Shown piece by piece: positions 63,174 through 64,000 of a stretch of 64,000 nucleotides of DNA. The DNA comes from Nitrospirota bacterium (GTDB taxonomy: Bacteria > Nitrospirota > UBA9217). Both the position numbers and the translations under genes were made by a program. Under the pieces are notes generated by a model that worked only from the letters and a program-made list of their open reading frames with translations, had not been told where the DNA came from and did no database searches. The stretch is taken from the NCBI GenBank assembly GCA_963751455.1, contig CAVVUN010000015.1, forward strand, positions 1,344,001 through 1,408,000, read 5' to 3'. Every line of letters starts with the position of its first letter. Positions within the stretch are counted from its first letter, which is position 1.

Positions 63174-64000
63174 ATGGCGAATACTGATGGGCCTAAAACC
63201 AAAAGCGGGCGAAAAGTGAACGTGAGACCGGACACATTCGATTTCCGTGACCGTATGTTCGAACCGACCCTTGCCGAAGTCCCGGAGTCAATCGACCTCG
63301 CAGGGTACCAAAAAATCAGAGTGCCGGTCCTTGATCAGGGATCGGAAGGGGCCTGTACAGGATTCGGTCTCGCTACGGTAGTAAATTATCTTCTCCGGAC
63401 CCGCAAGCACGATCCGGATAAAAAACAGGTAAGCCCGTGGATGCTCTACTACCTGGCCAAACGGTACGACGAATGGCAAGGCGAGAATTATGAAGGATCA
63501 AGCGCACGGGGCGCCATGAAGGGCTGGCAAAAACACGGAGCCTGCACTTCTGAACTCTTCAACAAGAGCGACGCAACGTTGAAGCCGGCGGCTGCAAAAG
63601 AAGCAACGAAGCGTCCGCTCGGCGGTTATTTTCGTGTCAATCATAAAGATCTCGTGGCCATGCATTGCGCAATCGCGGAAGTGGGCGTGCTGTATGCAAC
63701 CGCAAGCGTACACGACGGGTGGGACGAAGTGAAAGCTGACGGCATCATCAAGTACCGCGAGCGCAATCTCGGAGGCCATGCATTCGCCATCGTGGCCTAT
63801 GACGATGAGGGCTTCTGGATACAGAATTCCTGGGGCCCGAAGTGGGGAAAAAAAGGGTTTGCCCGGATCAATTACGACGACTGGCTCGCAAACGGCACCG
63901 ATGTCTGGGTAGCCCGTCTCGGGGTTCCGGTAAAACTGCAGACTGCGCGAGGCGTTGCGGCCCGGCATTCCGCAGTTGCAGTGACTTCGGATGCTTTTGC
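63174..64000 (+). CDS. C1 (papain-like) cysteine peptidase, runs off window
   Basis: Own translation: PVLDQGSEGACTGF, GGHAFAIVAYD, IQNSWG; RBS aaggagag. Confidence 0.88.
   Translation, partial: MANTDGPKTKSGRKVNVRPDTFDFRDRMFEPTLAEVPESIDLAGYQKIRVPVLDQGSEGACTGFGLATVVNYLLRTRKHDPDKKQVSPWMLYYLAKRYDEWQGENYEGSSARGAMKGWQKHGACTSELFNKSDATLKPAAAKEATKRPLGGYFRVNHKDLVAMHCAIAEVGVLYATASVHDGWDEVKADGIIKYRERNLGGHAFAIVAYDDEGFWIQNSWGPKWGKKGFARINYDDWLANGTDVWVARLGVPVKLQTARGVAARHSAVAVTSDAF

Noticed and set aside
63288-63968. Minus-strand ORFs from the track (and other antisense shadow ORFs)
   Set aside because: They overlap better-supported genes, here a C1 peptidase omitted from the track because it has no stop within the window.

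Overview
Bacterial chromosome segment; gene content and the many short palindromic repeats suggest an anaerobic Nitrospirota/Desulfobacterota-like organism (inference). The left ~20 kb holds a MoeA-like gene, an OmcA/MtrC-type decaheme cytochrome, a CxxxxCH multiheme cytochrome, an arsenic-resistance operon, two selenoprotein genes broken by the ORF track (HesB/IscA-like; ExtKL-like multiheme cytochrome), fabF, DUF4912/GH57/glcD and an L,D-transpeptidase. A small islet (ATPase, AbrB-PIN TA pair, ISH6-like IS) follows. About 26.7-61.3 kb is the highlight: three tandem cassettes that look like a polymorphic toxin system. Each has a secreted ~1100-aa carrier with an apparently inactive transglutaminase-like core, a conserved DPxxG..Y.(I/L)SGGLxGG junction and a variable C-terminus (NlpC/P60-like or hydrophobic). 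Each carrier is followed by an AT-rich candidate immunity gene and a prenyltransferase-repeat/CARDB surface protein. An orphan C-terminal module is also present. Several short repeat families sit in-frame inside these genes. The window ends with DUF6765-like and C1 peptidase genes. All calls are from reading the sequence; no searches were run.
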